A stretch of DNA of 64,000 bases, from positions 26,474,001 through 26,538,000 of the forward strand of contig NC_135901.1 in NCBI RefSeq assembly GCF_964194155.1. Reading direction: 5' to 3'. The position numbers and the translations under genes are program-made. Source of the stretch: Cetorhinus maximus (lineage: Eukaryota). A model generated the notes under the pieces. It was not told where the DNA came from. It searched no databases and saw nothing but the letters and a program-made list of their open reading frames with translations. Position 1 is the stretch's first letter; every line of letters begins with the position of its first letter. Shown here in pieces: positions 47,693 through 61,051 of this stretch.

Positions 47693-48870
47693 CTGGAGTT
47701 TAATATTCTGGATAAATGTCAAATAATTCAGCTTTGTTTTAAACACGTGGTTGTAGATTTTTGTCTTTCCCACTTGTGTGTTTAACATCACCCGACTGCA
47801 GCTCAAAGTACAATCTGTGGGGAGGATTGTACGGCAGGAACAGAACTTCAGCCTCGACACAGTCTGTCAGGGCAACACTGAGAGGGACAAGCAGCACTTT
47901 GGTGTCAGTGAAGAGAGATGCGAAAGACCAAAGTCCCCATGCGGGTGAATTCTGAGGTGTGTAAGAAATGTGTCACAGCCGCGATCTTCCATGGTTCAGA
48001 GCTCCTAGACACGGAACAGAAGGCTCCTTTACAACTGGGTTTAGAGTCAGGAAGAACAACAGTTAATGCTGGAAACATGCCGTCAAATCAGAGATTGGTG
48101 TAAAACTGTGATCTGTTCCTGACTGAAAGTGAAACGGCAGGTTTAAGTTTCCAGTCTGAAAATGACTGGTTACTAAACTCCGAATATTGAACATGTTTAT
48201 GTGACAGTCTTGAGTATCACTTTAAGACAGATGTTACCTAATTTCAAATAAAGCCAATGAAAATAAATTGGTTAAAGTCTCCATTATAATAGCAGACGGA
48301 GAAGTTCACAGGACCCTGTTAACTGCTGGGACAATTATATAACAGAAACCTTATCTCCAGATAAAGACATGTTTACTGAGAGTTGATGCTGGATTTGAAC
48401 AGAATGGGCTGATCCCAAAATTGTTTTCGTGAAGAGTTGGGTTAACATTGAGTTAAATCCGGTGTCTCTGCCTATTGGTTCATTCTTGACAGAATCAGCA
48501 GGTGGTATCCAATCAGGTCTTTTGTCCTCTTATTTATCCAGTCCGCTGAAAGCTCCTTTATTGTCCAATTCATGACATCAGAGCGGGCAGCAGTGAACGG
48601 AACAGGAAACAGGACAGGAGTTAAACACAATGTTGTCCCTTCAGTTTCAGTCTGGGAGGTGGGTGGAGTGAAGGGAAATAGTTCCTATTGTGCTTGTAGA
48701 AGTGCCAGTCATTAAAAGGGCTGTTCATTATCATCAGAGCTACCCACAGTGAATCACTGTGTGCAATTGAAATGACTAAAGTCTGCTGCCGAGACTTGGT
48801 GATGCTTTTAATTTGACTTAAACATTCCTGCTTAACAGTCAGGGGCTAAGGTTAGCATTATTGCAGGATG

Positions 48871-49218
48871 CACTGCAGGAACTCACCAAGCCTGCTTAAG
48901 CAGCACCTTCCAAACCAATGACCGCTACCATCTGGAAAGACAAGGGTAGCAGACACATGGGAACACCACCGCCTGGAAGTTCCCCTCCAAGTCACTCACC
49001 ATCCTGACTTGGAAATATATCGGCTGTTCCTTCACTGTCACTGCATCAGAATCCTGGAACTCCCTCTCTAACAGCACTGTGGGTGTACCTACACCACAGG
49101 GACTGCAGCGGTTTAAGAAGGCAGCTCACCACCACCTGCTCAAGGGAAATCAGGGATGGGCAATGAATGCTGGCCTAGCCAGCAACGCCTATATCCCATG
49201 AATGATTAAAAAAAAAAA
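48871..49218 (+). mobile_element. LINE 3' end (CR1-group), A-rich tail
   Basis: SWNSL...LQRFKKAAHHHLL coding end. Tail shared with the SINE at 28756. Confidence 0.75.
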
Positions 49219-49395
49219 TCGCAGCATTATGTAGAGATATCAATGGCAGTCTGAGATCAGCTGGTTTGAGGAGAGCCCAAATAACCTTTTCCCTGTGGAA
49301 TGGATGGTGCCTGTGGAACTATAGCTCATGAAGGAGTCAACCTGCTTTGGAGAACAGAGGCTGGGGTGGGGATTGTCTGCTCGGAATGTACGGGA

Positions 49396-49699
49396 GGTAT
49401 TTTACAGGAACCATCAGGTTTTGACTCTCAGTGCCTCGCTGCACATTAATACACTCCGGCATCGGCACCGCAATGCTGTCTGAGCAAGAATGCTATAACT
49501 CCTTGTTGGGTCAATGAGGGGTTTGAATCGTCGTTCTGTAGTATTTCCACTGAACGCCGATATGAGAAATTTCTGTTCAGTGGTTTCTGTACCAGTGGAT
49601 ACTCTTCGAGATTATGGTGACCGCATTTCCCTGGATTTCGATCGACTGTGCCTCCTGTGATTGGTGGAACAAAGCCTCTTCATTGCATATCACAGGCTC
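49396..49699 (-). pseudogene. Antigen-receptor V gene segment pseudogene (TCR alpha/delta-like) with RSS
   Basis: Minus strand: acceptor TGCAG, FHQSQEAQSIEIQGNAVTI, IHWYR, FLISAFSGNTTERRF..YSIL, ADAGVY*CAAR, then CACTGAG-22 nt-TAAAATACC. Confidence 0.65.
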
Positions 49700-49799
49700 C
49701 TGCACTCGGTTGATCAGGAATATTAAAGGAGAATTGGTTTAATGGGGGTTATTGGGATGTACAATCAAGGACATTATTTACATGGTAAATATCTTTCAT

Positions 49800-51109
49800 A
49801 CGGATTAGGAGCAGGAGTGAGGCCACTCGGCCCCTTGAGCCTGCTCCGCCATTCGATGAGATCATGGCTGACCTGATTGTAACCTCAACTCCACATTCCC
49901 GCCTACCCCCGATAACCTTTCACCCCCTTACTTATCAAGAATCTATCTAGCTCTGCCTTAAAAATATTCAAAGACTCTGCTTCCACCGCCTTTTGAGAAA
50001 GAGAGTTCCAAAGAGTCACCGTCCTCTGAGAAAAAAAAAATTCTCCTCATCTCTGTCTTAAATGGGTGACCCCCTTATTTCAAAACTGTGACCCCCTAGT
50101 TCTAGATTCTCCCACAAGAGGAAACATCCTCTCCACGTCCGCCCCATCAAGACCCCTCAGGGATCTTATATGTTTCAAGCAAGTCACCTCTCACTCTTCT
50201 AAACTCCAGCAGATACAAGCCTAACCTGTCCAACCTTTCCTCATAAGACAACCCGTCCACTCCAGGTATTATCTAGTAAGTCTTACGAACATAAGGAGCA
50301 GGAGTAGGCCATTCAGCCACTCAAGTCTGCTCTGCTATTTAATAAGATTGTGGCTGATTATGATTTGCATCCTACCTGCTCCCGATAACCTTTCACCCCC
50401 TTGCTTACTAAGAATCTATCCCGCTCTGCCTTAAAAATATACAAAGACTCTGCTTCCACCGCCTTTTGAGGAAGAGATTTCTCTGAGCTTCTTCCAACAT
50501 ATTTACATTTCTCTTTAAATAAGGAGACCAGTACTGTACACAATATTCCAAATGTGGTCTCACCAATGCCCTGTATAACTGAAGCATAACCTCCCTCCTT
50601 TTGTATTCAATTCACAATAAATAACATTCTATTAGCTTTCCTAATTACTTGTTGAACCTGCATGCTCGCCTTTTGTGATTCATGCACGAGGACACCCAGA
50701 TCCCTCTGCACCTCAAAGCTCTGCAACCTCTCACCATTTAGATAATATGCTTCTTTATTATTCTTCCTGCCAAAATATACAACCTCACATTTTACTACAT
50801 GATAATCTATTTGCCAGATCTTTGCCCACTCACCTAACCTATCTATATCCTTTTGTAGCCTCCTTATGTCCTCTTCACAATTTACTTTCCAACCTACCTT
50901 TGTGTCATCAGCAAATTTAGCAACCACACCATCAGCCCCCTTATCAAAATCATTAATATAGATTGTAAATAGCTGAGGGCCCAGCACTGATCCCTGTGGA
51001 ACTCCACTCGTCACATCTTGCCAATCTGAAAATGACCCATTTATACTTACTCTCTGTTCCCTGTTAGCTAACCAATCCTCTACCCATGCTTATGTGTTAC
51101 CCCCTGCAC
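49800..51109 (-). mobile_element. CR1 LINE fragments (two 3' ends plus RT), continuing at 56226-56380
   Basis: GVPQGSVLGPQLF and FADDTK. Tails at ~49800 and ~50288. Confidence 0.85.
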
Positions 51110-54100
51110 CAGTGATCGTCACTATTTTTCAAGCAAGGGCCACTTCAACAAAAAACCTGCAACATGAGAGCCACATCGACAACTTTACTAAATTATCATT
51201 GCTTACTACTCCTTCATGATGTAATGTTACAGAGCGATGCATGTAACTAAAACAAAATCATATAATGTACTTAAAAATAAATGCACATGTATTTATTTAA
51301 AGTTGTGGTTACTTTCCTGAAAATCACAACTTTAACTCAAATGGCTTTAAGTGGATAATTGGTTCCCATTGGAATCAAGGGTAAAACTGTAGTTAGGTTC
51401 TGTGGGAACTTTCTTATCAGAAAAAAAAATATTGGAACATTATTGTGTTTGTGACAGTGTGCTTGCACATGAACAGGGGAGAGACCTCATCTTGAGTGAG
51501 ACACAGCTAGAGTGAGTGTGGGTATTGGCAATTTGGTGCACAGTGGGAATTCAGTGCAGAGGGGAAGAGGTGCTCTTTGCATTTTTTCTTTGCTATCCAA
51601 CTTCTTAAATCTTCAGAGAGTGGTCTTGCCCTGCTGCAGCAGTAGAGGCTACAAGGGAAAGGAATGACTGGTAAGTAGTGGGTAAAGTTGGGTAAGTATT
51701 TACTACTTTTATCGCTTATAGTTTAAGGTCTTTTTGTGGTTTATAGTTTTGTCTATTCTGTAGTAATGAGGATCAGGAAAGAAGGGCCCTAGAGTAATTG
51801 ATTTAAAAGATTTAATTTGAAGGGATAAGTCATGGCAGGAGAGCTCAAAGCTGTGGTGTGCTCCATGTGGGAAGCTGAGAACATTTCCAGTGCCCGGGAC
51901 CAGCATGTTTGCAGGCTCCTGAAAGCTCAGGTTTTAGAGCTGGAACGGCAGCTGGGGACACTGGAGCATCCGCAAGTCTGAGAGCTTCATGGATAGCACG
52001 TTTAGAAAGGTGGTCACACCACAGCTGAAGGCACTTGAGGAAGGAAAGGAATGGATGACCACCAGGCAGTCCAAGAGAAACAGGCAGATAGTTCAGGAAT
52101 CCCGCTCGCAAATCAGTATTCCATTTTGGAGGCTGATGAGGACGCTGGTTCCTCCAGGGAATGCAGACAGAGCCAAGCTTCTGGCACCACAAGCAGCCTG
52201 TCTGTAAAGGAGGGGAGGAAGAGCAATAGTAATAAGAGATTCTATGGTCAGGGGAACAGATAGGCACTTCTGTGGCCATCAACGTGACTCCAGGGTCTGG
52301 GATGTCACTGAATGGCTGCAGGGAATCCTGAAGGGGGAAGGTGATAAGGCAGATGTCATGGTACATGTTGGTACCAATGACATAGGTAGAAAGAGGGATG
52401 AGGTCTTGCATCAAGAATTCAGGGAGTTAGGCAGTAGACTAAAAAGCAAGACCTTTCGGGTTGTAATCTCTGGATTACTCCCAGTGCCGCGTGCTAGCGA
52501 GCTCAGAAATAGGAGAATAGCGCAGATGAATATGTGGATCAAGAGTTGGTGCAGGAGGGAGGGTTTTAGATTCCTGGATCAATGTGACCGTTTCTGGAGA
52601 AGGTGGGACCTGTACAAGCAGGACGGTCTACATCTGAACCATAGAGGGACTAACATCCTTGCGGGCGGGTTTGCTAGTGCTGTTGGGAGGAATTTAAACT
52701 AATTCGGCAGGGGGAGGGGACACAGAATGTTAGCAGAATAGGGACACATCATATTACAGTAAAACAATCAAGTCAGAGGGAGTACCGCTGCATTAAGTTT
52801 CAAGGGAGTGAGGCAAGGCTGGATGGCCTCTACTTTAATGCCAGGAGTATTACAGGTAAAACGGATGAGTTAAGGGTGAGGATTGACACATGGAATTGTG
52901 ATATAGTAGCCATCACTGAGACATGGTCGAGGGGAGGGGCAGGATTGGCAGCTCAACATTCCGGGATATAGAATCTTCAGGCGAGACTGGGGAGGGGGTA
53001 AAAGAGGAGGAGGTGTTGCATTATTAGTTAAGGAGTCAATTACTGCAGTAAGGAGAGATGATATCTTGGAGGGGGCATCGAATGAAGCTTTGTGGATCGA
53101 GCTTAGGAACAAAAAAGGGGCAGCCACGTTGTTAGATGTTTATTATAGACCCCCAGATAGTAAGCGGGAAATTGAGGAGCAAATATGCACAATTTGTGGA
53201 GGTGTGTAAAAAGAATAACAATAGGGTAATTATATTAGGTGATTTCAACTTTCCCAACATTAATTGGGATAGACATAGTATTAAGGGCTTGGATGGAGTG
53301 GATTTCTTGAAATGTGTACAGGAGAACTTTTTAAGTCAATATGTAGAGGGTCCAACAAGGGACGGCGCATTGCTGGACCTAATTCTGGGGAATGAAGCCA
53401 AACAAGTGGCTGAGGTGGTGGTGGGGGAGCATTTTAGTGATAGCGACCACAACATGGTACAATTTAAGCTTGTTATGGACAAAGAAATAGACAAGTTGCT
53501 AAAATATGTTTTGGATTGGGGGAGAGTGGATTTTAGTAAAATAAGGCAGGATCTGGCCAAGGTAGACTGGGGACAGCTACTTGTGGGGAAATCTACAGAG
53601 GAACAGTGGGGGGTATTCAAAAAGGAAATGGGGTGGGTACAGGCTCAACATGTTCCCTCTGGGGTGATAGGAAGGAGTAATAAGCCCAGAGAACTGTGGA
53701 TGACCAGAGATATTCAGGATACGATGAGAAGGAAAAGAGAGGATTTTAGCCAGGGGAAGCAAATCAGCAGAAGCATTAGGACAGAAGTACAGAAAGTGCA
53801 GGATGGAGCTTAAAAAAGCAATTAGTAGAGCAAAGAGGGGATATGAGAAAGCTCTGGCTCGTAAAAGTAGGGAAAATCCCAAGATATTCTCTAAGTATAT
53901 CAATGGGAAGAGGATAACCAGGGAAAGAGTAGGGCCCATTAGGGACCAAGGGAGCAATCTATGGGTGGAGCCAGAGGACATCACTAGAGTGTTGAACAAA
54001 TACTTCACATCCATCTTCACCCATGAGGATGAAGGTATCAAACTTGGGGAGAGAGACTGCGAGGTTCTTGAGCAAATTGATATAGGGAGTGACAAGGTAC

Positions 54101-56225
54101 TGGAGGTGTTGGCAGGCTTAAAAGTGGACAAATCTCCAGGTCCAGATGATTTGTGTCCCAGACTGCTGAGGGAGGCAAGGGAGGAGATCGCAGGGGCTCT
54201 GACCCAAATTTTTAATTCCTCTCTGGCCATGGGGGCGGTGCCAGAGAACTGGAGAACAGCTAATGTGGTTCCGCTATTTAAGAAGGGTTGTAGAGATAAG
54301 CCAGGGAACTACAGGCCAGTGAGTCTCACGTAAGTGGTAGGGAAACTATTGGAGAAAATTCTGAAGGAGAGAATCTATCTCCACTTGGAGAGGCAAGGTT
54401 TGATCAGGGATAGTCAGCATAGCTTTGTCAGAGGGAGGTCATGCCTAACAAATTTGATTGTATTTTTTGAGGAGGTGACCAGGTGTGTAGATGAGGGTAG
54501 TGCAGTTGATGTAGTTTATATGGATTTCAGCAAAACCTTTGACAAGGTCCCACATGGGAGACTTTTGAAGGCAAATGCACATGGGATCCCGGGTAATTTG
54601 ATAAGGTGGATTCAAAATTGGCTTAGTTGTAGGAGACAGAGGGTGATGACAGAAGGATGCTTTAGTGACTGGAAGCCAGTGTCCAGTGGCTTACCACAGG
54701 GATCTGTGCTGTGCCCCCTACTATTCGTCATTTATATAAACGACATAGATGTCTATGGGGAGTGGGGGGGCGTGGGGTAGGATTAGTAAGTTTGCGGATG
54801 ACACAAAGATTGGCCGGGTGGTTAACAGTGAGGTTGAGTGTCTTGGGCTACAGGAAGATATAGACGGGATGGTCAAATGGGCAGATAAGTGGCAGATGGA
54901 ATTTCACCCTGAAAAGTGTGAGGTGATACACTTTGAAAGGAGTATTTTGACAAGGCAGTATTCAATGAATGGCATGACACTAGGAAGTTCTGAGAACAAA
55001 GGGACCTTGGCATGTGTGTCCATAGATCTCTGAAGGCTGAGGGGCATGTTAGTGGGGTGGTGAAAAAGGCATATGGGACACTTGCCTTTATCAATCGAGG
55101 CATAGATTACAAAAGTAGGGAGATCATGTTGGAGTTGTATAGAACCTTGGTGAGGCTACAGCTGGAGTACTGTGTGCAGTTCTGGTCGCCACATTATAGG
55201 AAGGATGTGATTGCACTGGAGGGGGTGCAGAGGAGATTCACCAGGATGTTGCCTGGGATAAAACATTTAAGTTATGAAGAGAGGTTGGATAGACTTGGGT
55301 TGTTTTCGTTGGAGCAGAGAAGACTGAGGGGCGACCTGATTGAGGTGTACAAGATTATGAGGGGCTTGGACAGGGAGCAGCTGTTCCTGTTAATTGAAGG
55401 GTCAGTCACGGGGGGACAAGTTCAAGGTGAGGGGCAGGAGGTTTAGGGGGGACATGAGGAAAATCTTTTTTACCCAGAGGGTGGTGACAATCTGGAATGC
55501 ACTGCCTGGGAGGATGGTGGAGGTGGGTTGTCTCACATCCTTTAAAAAGTACCTGGGTGAGCACTTGGCAGGTCATAATATTCAAGGCTATGGGCCAAGT
55601 TCTGGTAAATGGGATTAGGTAGGTAGGTCAGGTGTTTCTCACTTGTCGGTGCAGACTCGATGGGCCAAAGGGCCTCTTCTGCACTGTGTGATTCTGTGAT
55701 TATACCCTCTAAGTTGCAATATTCCACATTGCTAAATTCTTACATTGATAAATGAAGTCACTTTTATATTTTTAAACTTATTTTAGTTTGAACAAAAAAT
55801 GTAACTTTTTACTGAAGTTACCTCCTGCCTGCCACCAACCCTGCTTCCTGAGCCTCCTGGTCGCTGCAAATCATCCTCCTCCCTAACCCTTAGTATTGTG
55901 GTCTCTCCCCCTCCCCAACATTCGAGTGTGGCCTCTTCCCCCTCTCTGACCCACCCTCTTGCAGAAACCCCCCACTTCCTGACTCACCCTCTCACTGCTT
56001 CCCTCTCCTGGAATTCCATTCCTGTTCAAGATCCCGCTGCAACTTGGAGGTCAGGGAGCGGCGAGAGGCTGAGCCAAAGTGGCGCCAGGCCAGTCACGTG
56101 GGAAACGACTTTAAAACAAATCTTGTGACGCTCGACGAGATTACAGGAAAGGCAGAGTCGAGGAGCTGCAATTAGTGAGGACGGGAGCTGCCGCTGGCTC
56201 GTGGGTGTTGCAATGAAGAACAATG
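51110..56225. mobile_element. Putative non-autonomous hAT element, split by a CR1
   Basis: Imperfect TIRs CAGTGATCGTCA / TGAAGAACAATG (9/12). 8-bp flanks CCCTGCAC / TCCTACAC (6/8). The host CR1 is continuous across it. Confidence 0.5.
51480..55700 (+). mobile_element. Near full-length degenerate CR1 LINE
   Basis: ORF1 from MAGELKAVVCS (51831) to SGNH (VHVGTNDIG, LHLNHRGT), ORF2 endonuclease and RT, 3' tail. Confidence 0.92.
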
Positions 56226-56409
56226 TCCTACACCTTGAGCTCTTATTGTTTGTAGAATCCTTTGATGTGGCACCTTGTCAAATGCCGACTGGAAATCTAT
56301 GCACGTCACATCTAAAGGTTTCCCTAGATCCACATTGCTTGTTACTTCCTCAAAGAACTCCAATAAATTAGCCAAACATAATTGACTCCTTAAACTCCAA
56401 AGAGATAAA

Positions 56410-56780
56410 TTTTAAGGAGTATCTTACAGGGGGAAAGCAAGGTAGGGAGGCAGAGAGGTTTCGGAAGGGAATTCCAGAGCCAAGGACCCAAGTAGCTGAA
56501 GACAATGGTGGAATCATTAAAACCAGGGATGCTCCAGAATGAGAGGAGCACAGATATTCTAGAGGGTTGTAGAGACGGAGAATATTACAGAGATGGGGAG
56601 GGGGTGAGATCATGGAGAGATTGCAAAAGAATGGGCCAGATTTTAACTCAAAATCCCGTTCACTTGCACGGAGGTAAAATCGGGCTCAAGGGTGAGAATT
56701 TTAAAATTAAGGCATTGCTTGAACACAGGGTGTGATAGGTGAATGGGACTTAGCGCGAGTTGGGGTGTGGGTAGCAGAGT
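56410..56780 (-). mobile_element. Probable L2 LINE fragment
   Basis: Minus-strand LWNSLP region. L2-type tails also at 42497-42562 (+) and ~3100-3140 (-). Confidence 0.5.
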
Positions 56781-57369
56781 TTCTGCACATATAAATTAGG
56801 AGCAGGAGTAGGCCACTTGACCCCTTGCATGTGATTATATCTGACCTGATTGTAACTTCAATTCCACATTTCCGCCCATCCCCAATAACCCTTACTTATC
56901 AAGAATCTATCTAGCTCTGCCTTAAAAATATTCAAGGACTGAATTGGAAAAACCAAGTCCAGTTCTGTACGTTTCTCAACACACTGCTTCTGTCTTGCTT
57001 TTGTATTTGATGGCCTCACATTCAGGTTCTAGGAACTAGAAATGTATCAAATGCTCAAACAGAGGTAAGGAAATAACCCAGAAAGAAATATCCAAGGAAA
57101 AGGAGGGCCACGGCAAATTGGGTCACTTCAAATCTGGTTTTGAAAATCCTCTCATCCCAGGAGCTCACTGAGCTGAGGAGCCACCGCTGGAATGTGCAAA
57201 TTTGGACAGCCTTAAACTTGTCTCCCGCAAGAAAAACCTTATGTGTTTGAAATCCCATCACTGTTTTTTCTATCAAACCCTGCATGTGTTCAGAGACCCT
57301 CAGCCCGAGAATCGTGGGGTTTTGTGGAGACCTCATACTCCGAAATCCTTGGGTGCCCCTCTGTGGACA

Positions 57370-57760
57370 AAGTCAGTGCATTGAAGCTGTGGAGTGGGTG
57401 AGATGAGCTGTTCTCCCCTCACTGCAAACGGTGTGATGTTTTGCCAGATTGTATAAATGGTTGAAGGTATTTCCACAGTCAGTGCACTGAAACACTATCC
57501 CTTGGGTGCACATTCCCTTGGCTGCTTTTCAATTCACACTGATGTTTGAAATATTTGCACTCATATGGAAGAGGCAAACATGTCCCTTTCTGGAGTCAAA
57601 GACTGATAATATTTAGATCCGATGAATTGAATGACAGTCAGATCTTGACATGCTAATTGTTTTGAGTTTAATGTCCAAAAATCCTCCCTCTTAATACTTA
57701 TAAAGGGAGTTAACAAAAGTCACTAAGTTGCAACAGAAACCCAGAACTGACAATTCTAGG
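57370..57760 (-). pseudogene. Truncated ZNF relic (acceptor and leader only)
   Basis: Reverse-complement homology to the shared leader (TTTCAAACATCAGTGTGA, GACTGTGGAAA). No finger array follows. Confidence 0.6.
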
Positions 57761-58089
57761 TGTCACAGACATCCTTCTCCCTCTCAAACTATAAATCCTT
57801 GTCTCCCGCACACTCCCTCCATCCTATTGTTTGTAAACCCAATTCATCCTACTATCCCTCCTCGTGCTTCTTCCCCATTTCGCCTTCTCTAACAGGTTCA
57901 GTTTGACACTCACCTATTGTCCTCCCCAATATGTCACCCAGGTGTCTAAACCTTTGTGCCTGAATTGAACAAACTGCTTTGCTAAGGGGGCGTCACAATC
58001 AATCCCACATTAACTTTGTGTTAGGGCGTTGTCACTGCGCCCCCACCCCAACTTTTCATCCTACTCCCAGAAGTTTGCTGACTGGTGAA

Positions 58090-58310
58090 TAATGGCGGTC
58101 TCAGCCCCCACAATCCCCCGCGCTGGGGAAACCTCTCTATCCGCCCCGTGGGCGGGCGGTCTGAGACTGCGCATGTCCAAGGGAAAAGGGGGTGGGGGCT
58201 CGCGCATGTGCGGAGGAAGGCCCGCCCTCCTTTATCTTCATGTTGAGGTGTTGACCAATGGGAAAAGTTGGAGGACCGGAAGGATCCTCGTCCTCCAGCC
58301 AATCAGAGCA
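58090..58310. promoter_or_regulatory. Promoter of the ZNF gene at 61052 (YY1, NRF1-like, two CCAAT)
   Basis: AATGGCGG, TGCGCATG, CGCGCATG, CCAAT at ~58255 and ~58299. Candidate donor GTGAGT at 58376. Confidence 0.6.
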
Positions 58311-58679
58311 CGGGCTTTGCGCGAATGCAGCTTGAGCTTCCCAGAGGCTGAAGCTTCCTTCTGGGTTCAACATCTGTGAGTAAAGCACTTTCTTTTCTTC
58401 CCCTTTCCATTTCTTTTCTAATTCTAGGTTTAAATTGTTGATTTGCAGGAACTGAAGGGAAAGGAAGTGAATCCAGGGAAGGTGCAGACTCTGGAAAGGT
58501 TGGCCCAGGTCTCTCTCTGTGTCTTAAAAACATGAGCACTCGCTGCCAAAATAAAGTTCCTCCTCATATACCACCTGTATCTCAGTTCAAGTAATACAGT
58601 GGTGTATCTTACACTTTCAGTCCATTATTATGTACACATGTATATATTTAGACTTGATGATTTTCAGTGCTGCAAAGAT

Positions 58680-60455
58680 TAGTGGTAGGCCAGAAGATTG
58701 GAAAAACCTTAGAGAACCAGCAAGGCATAACAAACTAAAAAAATGAAGAGAGAGAAATTTAAATATGACTGAAAATCAGCAAAAAATATAAAAACAAACA
58801 TTAAAGGCTTCTAGAAGTATATAAAAAGGGAAAGAGTAGTGAAAGTGAGCATTGTTCACTTAGAGGATGAAACCGGGAAATTAATAATGGGAAAGAAGGA
58901 AATGGCAGAGATTTTGAACAAGTATTTTGTGTCTGTCTTCACAGTAGAAGACACAAAAACATCCCAAGAATAGTGGAGAAGCAGGGGCAAGAGGGAATTG
59001 AATTATCACAATCTCTAGAGCAGAAGTACAAGGAAAACTGACGGGACTAAAGGCTGACACGTTCCCGGGACCTGATGGCCTGCTTCCTCGAGTCTTAAGG
59101 GAAGTGTCTGCAGAGATAATGGGTGCATTGTTTGTCAGCTTTGAAAGTGCCCTCAATTCTTGAAAGGTCCCAGCGGACTGGAAAATCACAGTTGTAATAC
59201 CTCTATTCAATAAAGGTGGGAGACGGAAAGCAGGAAACTAAAGGCCAGCCAGTCTAGCATCTGTGATTTGGGAACCAATAGATGTCACATATTTGGATTT
59301 CCAAAAGGCATTCAATAAGGGGCCACATAAAAGGTTACTGCACAAGATAAGGCTCATGGTCTTGGGTTAATATATTAGCACGGATAGAGGATTGGTTAAC
59401 TAACAGGAAATAGGGAGTCGGGGTCAATGAGCCACTTTCAGGTTAGCAAAGTGTCACCCGTGGAGTCCTGTAGGTTCAGTACTGGGGCCTCAACTATTTA
59501 CAATGCATATTAATGACTTGGATGAAGGAACTGACTGTATTATTGCTAGTGATACGAAAATAGGTTGGAAAGCAAGTTTTGAGGAGGATACAAAGAGTCT
59601 GCAAAGAGATATCGATAGGTTAAGTGAGCGGACAAAAAAGTGGCAGATTGCGTATAATATGGGAAAATGTGAGCTTGTCCACTTTGGCAGGAAGAACAGA
59701 AAAACAGTATATTATTTAAATGGAGAGAGACTGCAGAATGCTGCAGTACAGAGGGATCTGGGTGTCCTTGTACAGGAATTACAATATGTTAGCATGCAGG
59801 TGCAGCAAGTGATTAAGAAGGCAAATGGAGTGTTGGCCTTTATTGCAAGGAGGTTGGAGTGTAAAAGTAGGGAAGTCTTACTGCAGCTGTACAGGAATTG
59901 GTGACACCACATCTGGAATACTTTGAACAGTTTTGGTCTCCTTATATAAGGAGGGATACACTTGCACTGGAAGCAGTTCACAGAAGGTTTTCTAGGCTGC
60001 TTCCAGGGATGAAGGGGTTGTCTTATAAGGAAAGGTTGAGCAGGTTAAGCTGATATAGAGGTGATCTTATTGAAAGCTACAGGATTCTGAGGGGGTTTGA
60101 CAAGGTGGATACAGGGAGGATGTTTCCTCTCGTGGGGGATTCTATAACTAAGCGGAACAGTTTAAAAATAAGGGGTCTCCCATTTAAGACAGAGATAAGG
60201 AGGAATCTGTTCTCTCCAAGGATGTTTAGCCTTTGAAATTCTCTTCCACAGAGAGCAGTGGAGACTGGGTCATTGAATGTATTCAAGGCTGAGTTAGACA
60301 GATTTTTGATTGACAAGGGAGTCGAAGATTAGGGGAGACAGGTGGAAAATATGAGTTAAGGCCGCAATCAGTTCAGCCTTGATCTTATTGAATGGAAGAG
60401 CAGGCTCGATGAGCCGAATGGCCTACTCCTGCTCTCATTTCTTATGATCTCATGA
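58680..60455 (+). mobile_element. Degenerate CR1 LINE, probably intronic
   Basis: PGPDGL, LDFQKAF, INDLDEG motifs and 3' tail. Confidence 0.88.
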
Positions 60456-61051
60456 TCTCTGTGTCAAGGACAGGAAGCAGTGAGTGTTGATCTGACGATC
60501 AGCATCAATTGGCACCTTCAGGAGAATTGGGAGGGTTTATATTAGGTACAGCAGAGTGAGAACGGAGGGAGACTGTGTGGGAAGGGGGTTGACAGCTTCT
60601 GGGGAATGAGAGAGGAAAAAATGTTCCATGGAAAGTAGAACTGCCTGTTCTGAATTTCTGTCCTGGACTGACAGTGATGACTTTTGTAAACTCCTTTTAC
60701 AGGCTATCAGAAGGGGAGGATTTGCAGACAGAAATCTGTATCTAAACATCACGTCAAGATCTGACAGAGTCACTTGATTCATCAGGACCTGAATATCATT
60801 GGCCTTTGAATCTGGAAGGAGAAATGTTTGTCTGTTCTGTCTGCTTCAAAACATTTTAAACAACAGTGTGATGAGAAAAGTACTGAGACACACACACCCA
60901 AGTGCACTGACTTGAAAGAGCTTTAACTAGTTACACATCCTGAAAGAAACATTGCACCATTAACAGTGGGGAGAAACTGTACACATGTCCAGTGTGTGGA
61001 TGAGGCTTCAACTGATCATCGAACCTGGAGAGACGCAAGGACACCGGCACC

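Noticed and set aside
60674-60764. C/D-box snoRNA (GTGATGA...CTGA; also 22900-22989)
   Set aside because: No terminal stem, it straddles the putative splice acceptor, and the C box is not kept in other paralogs.
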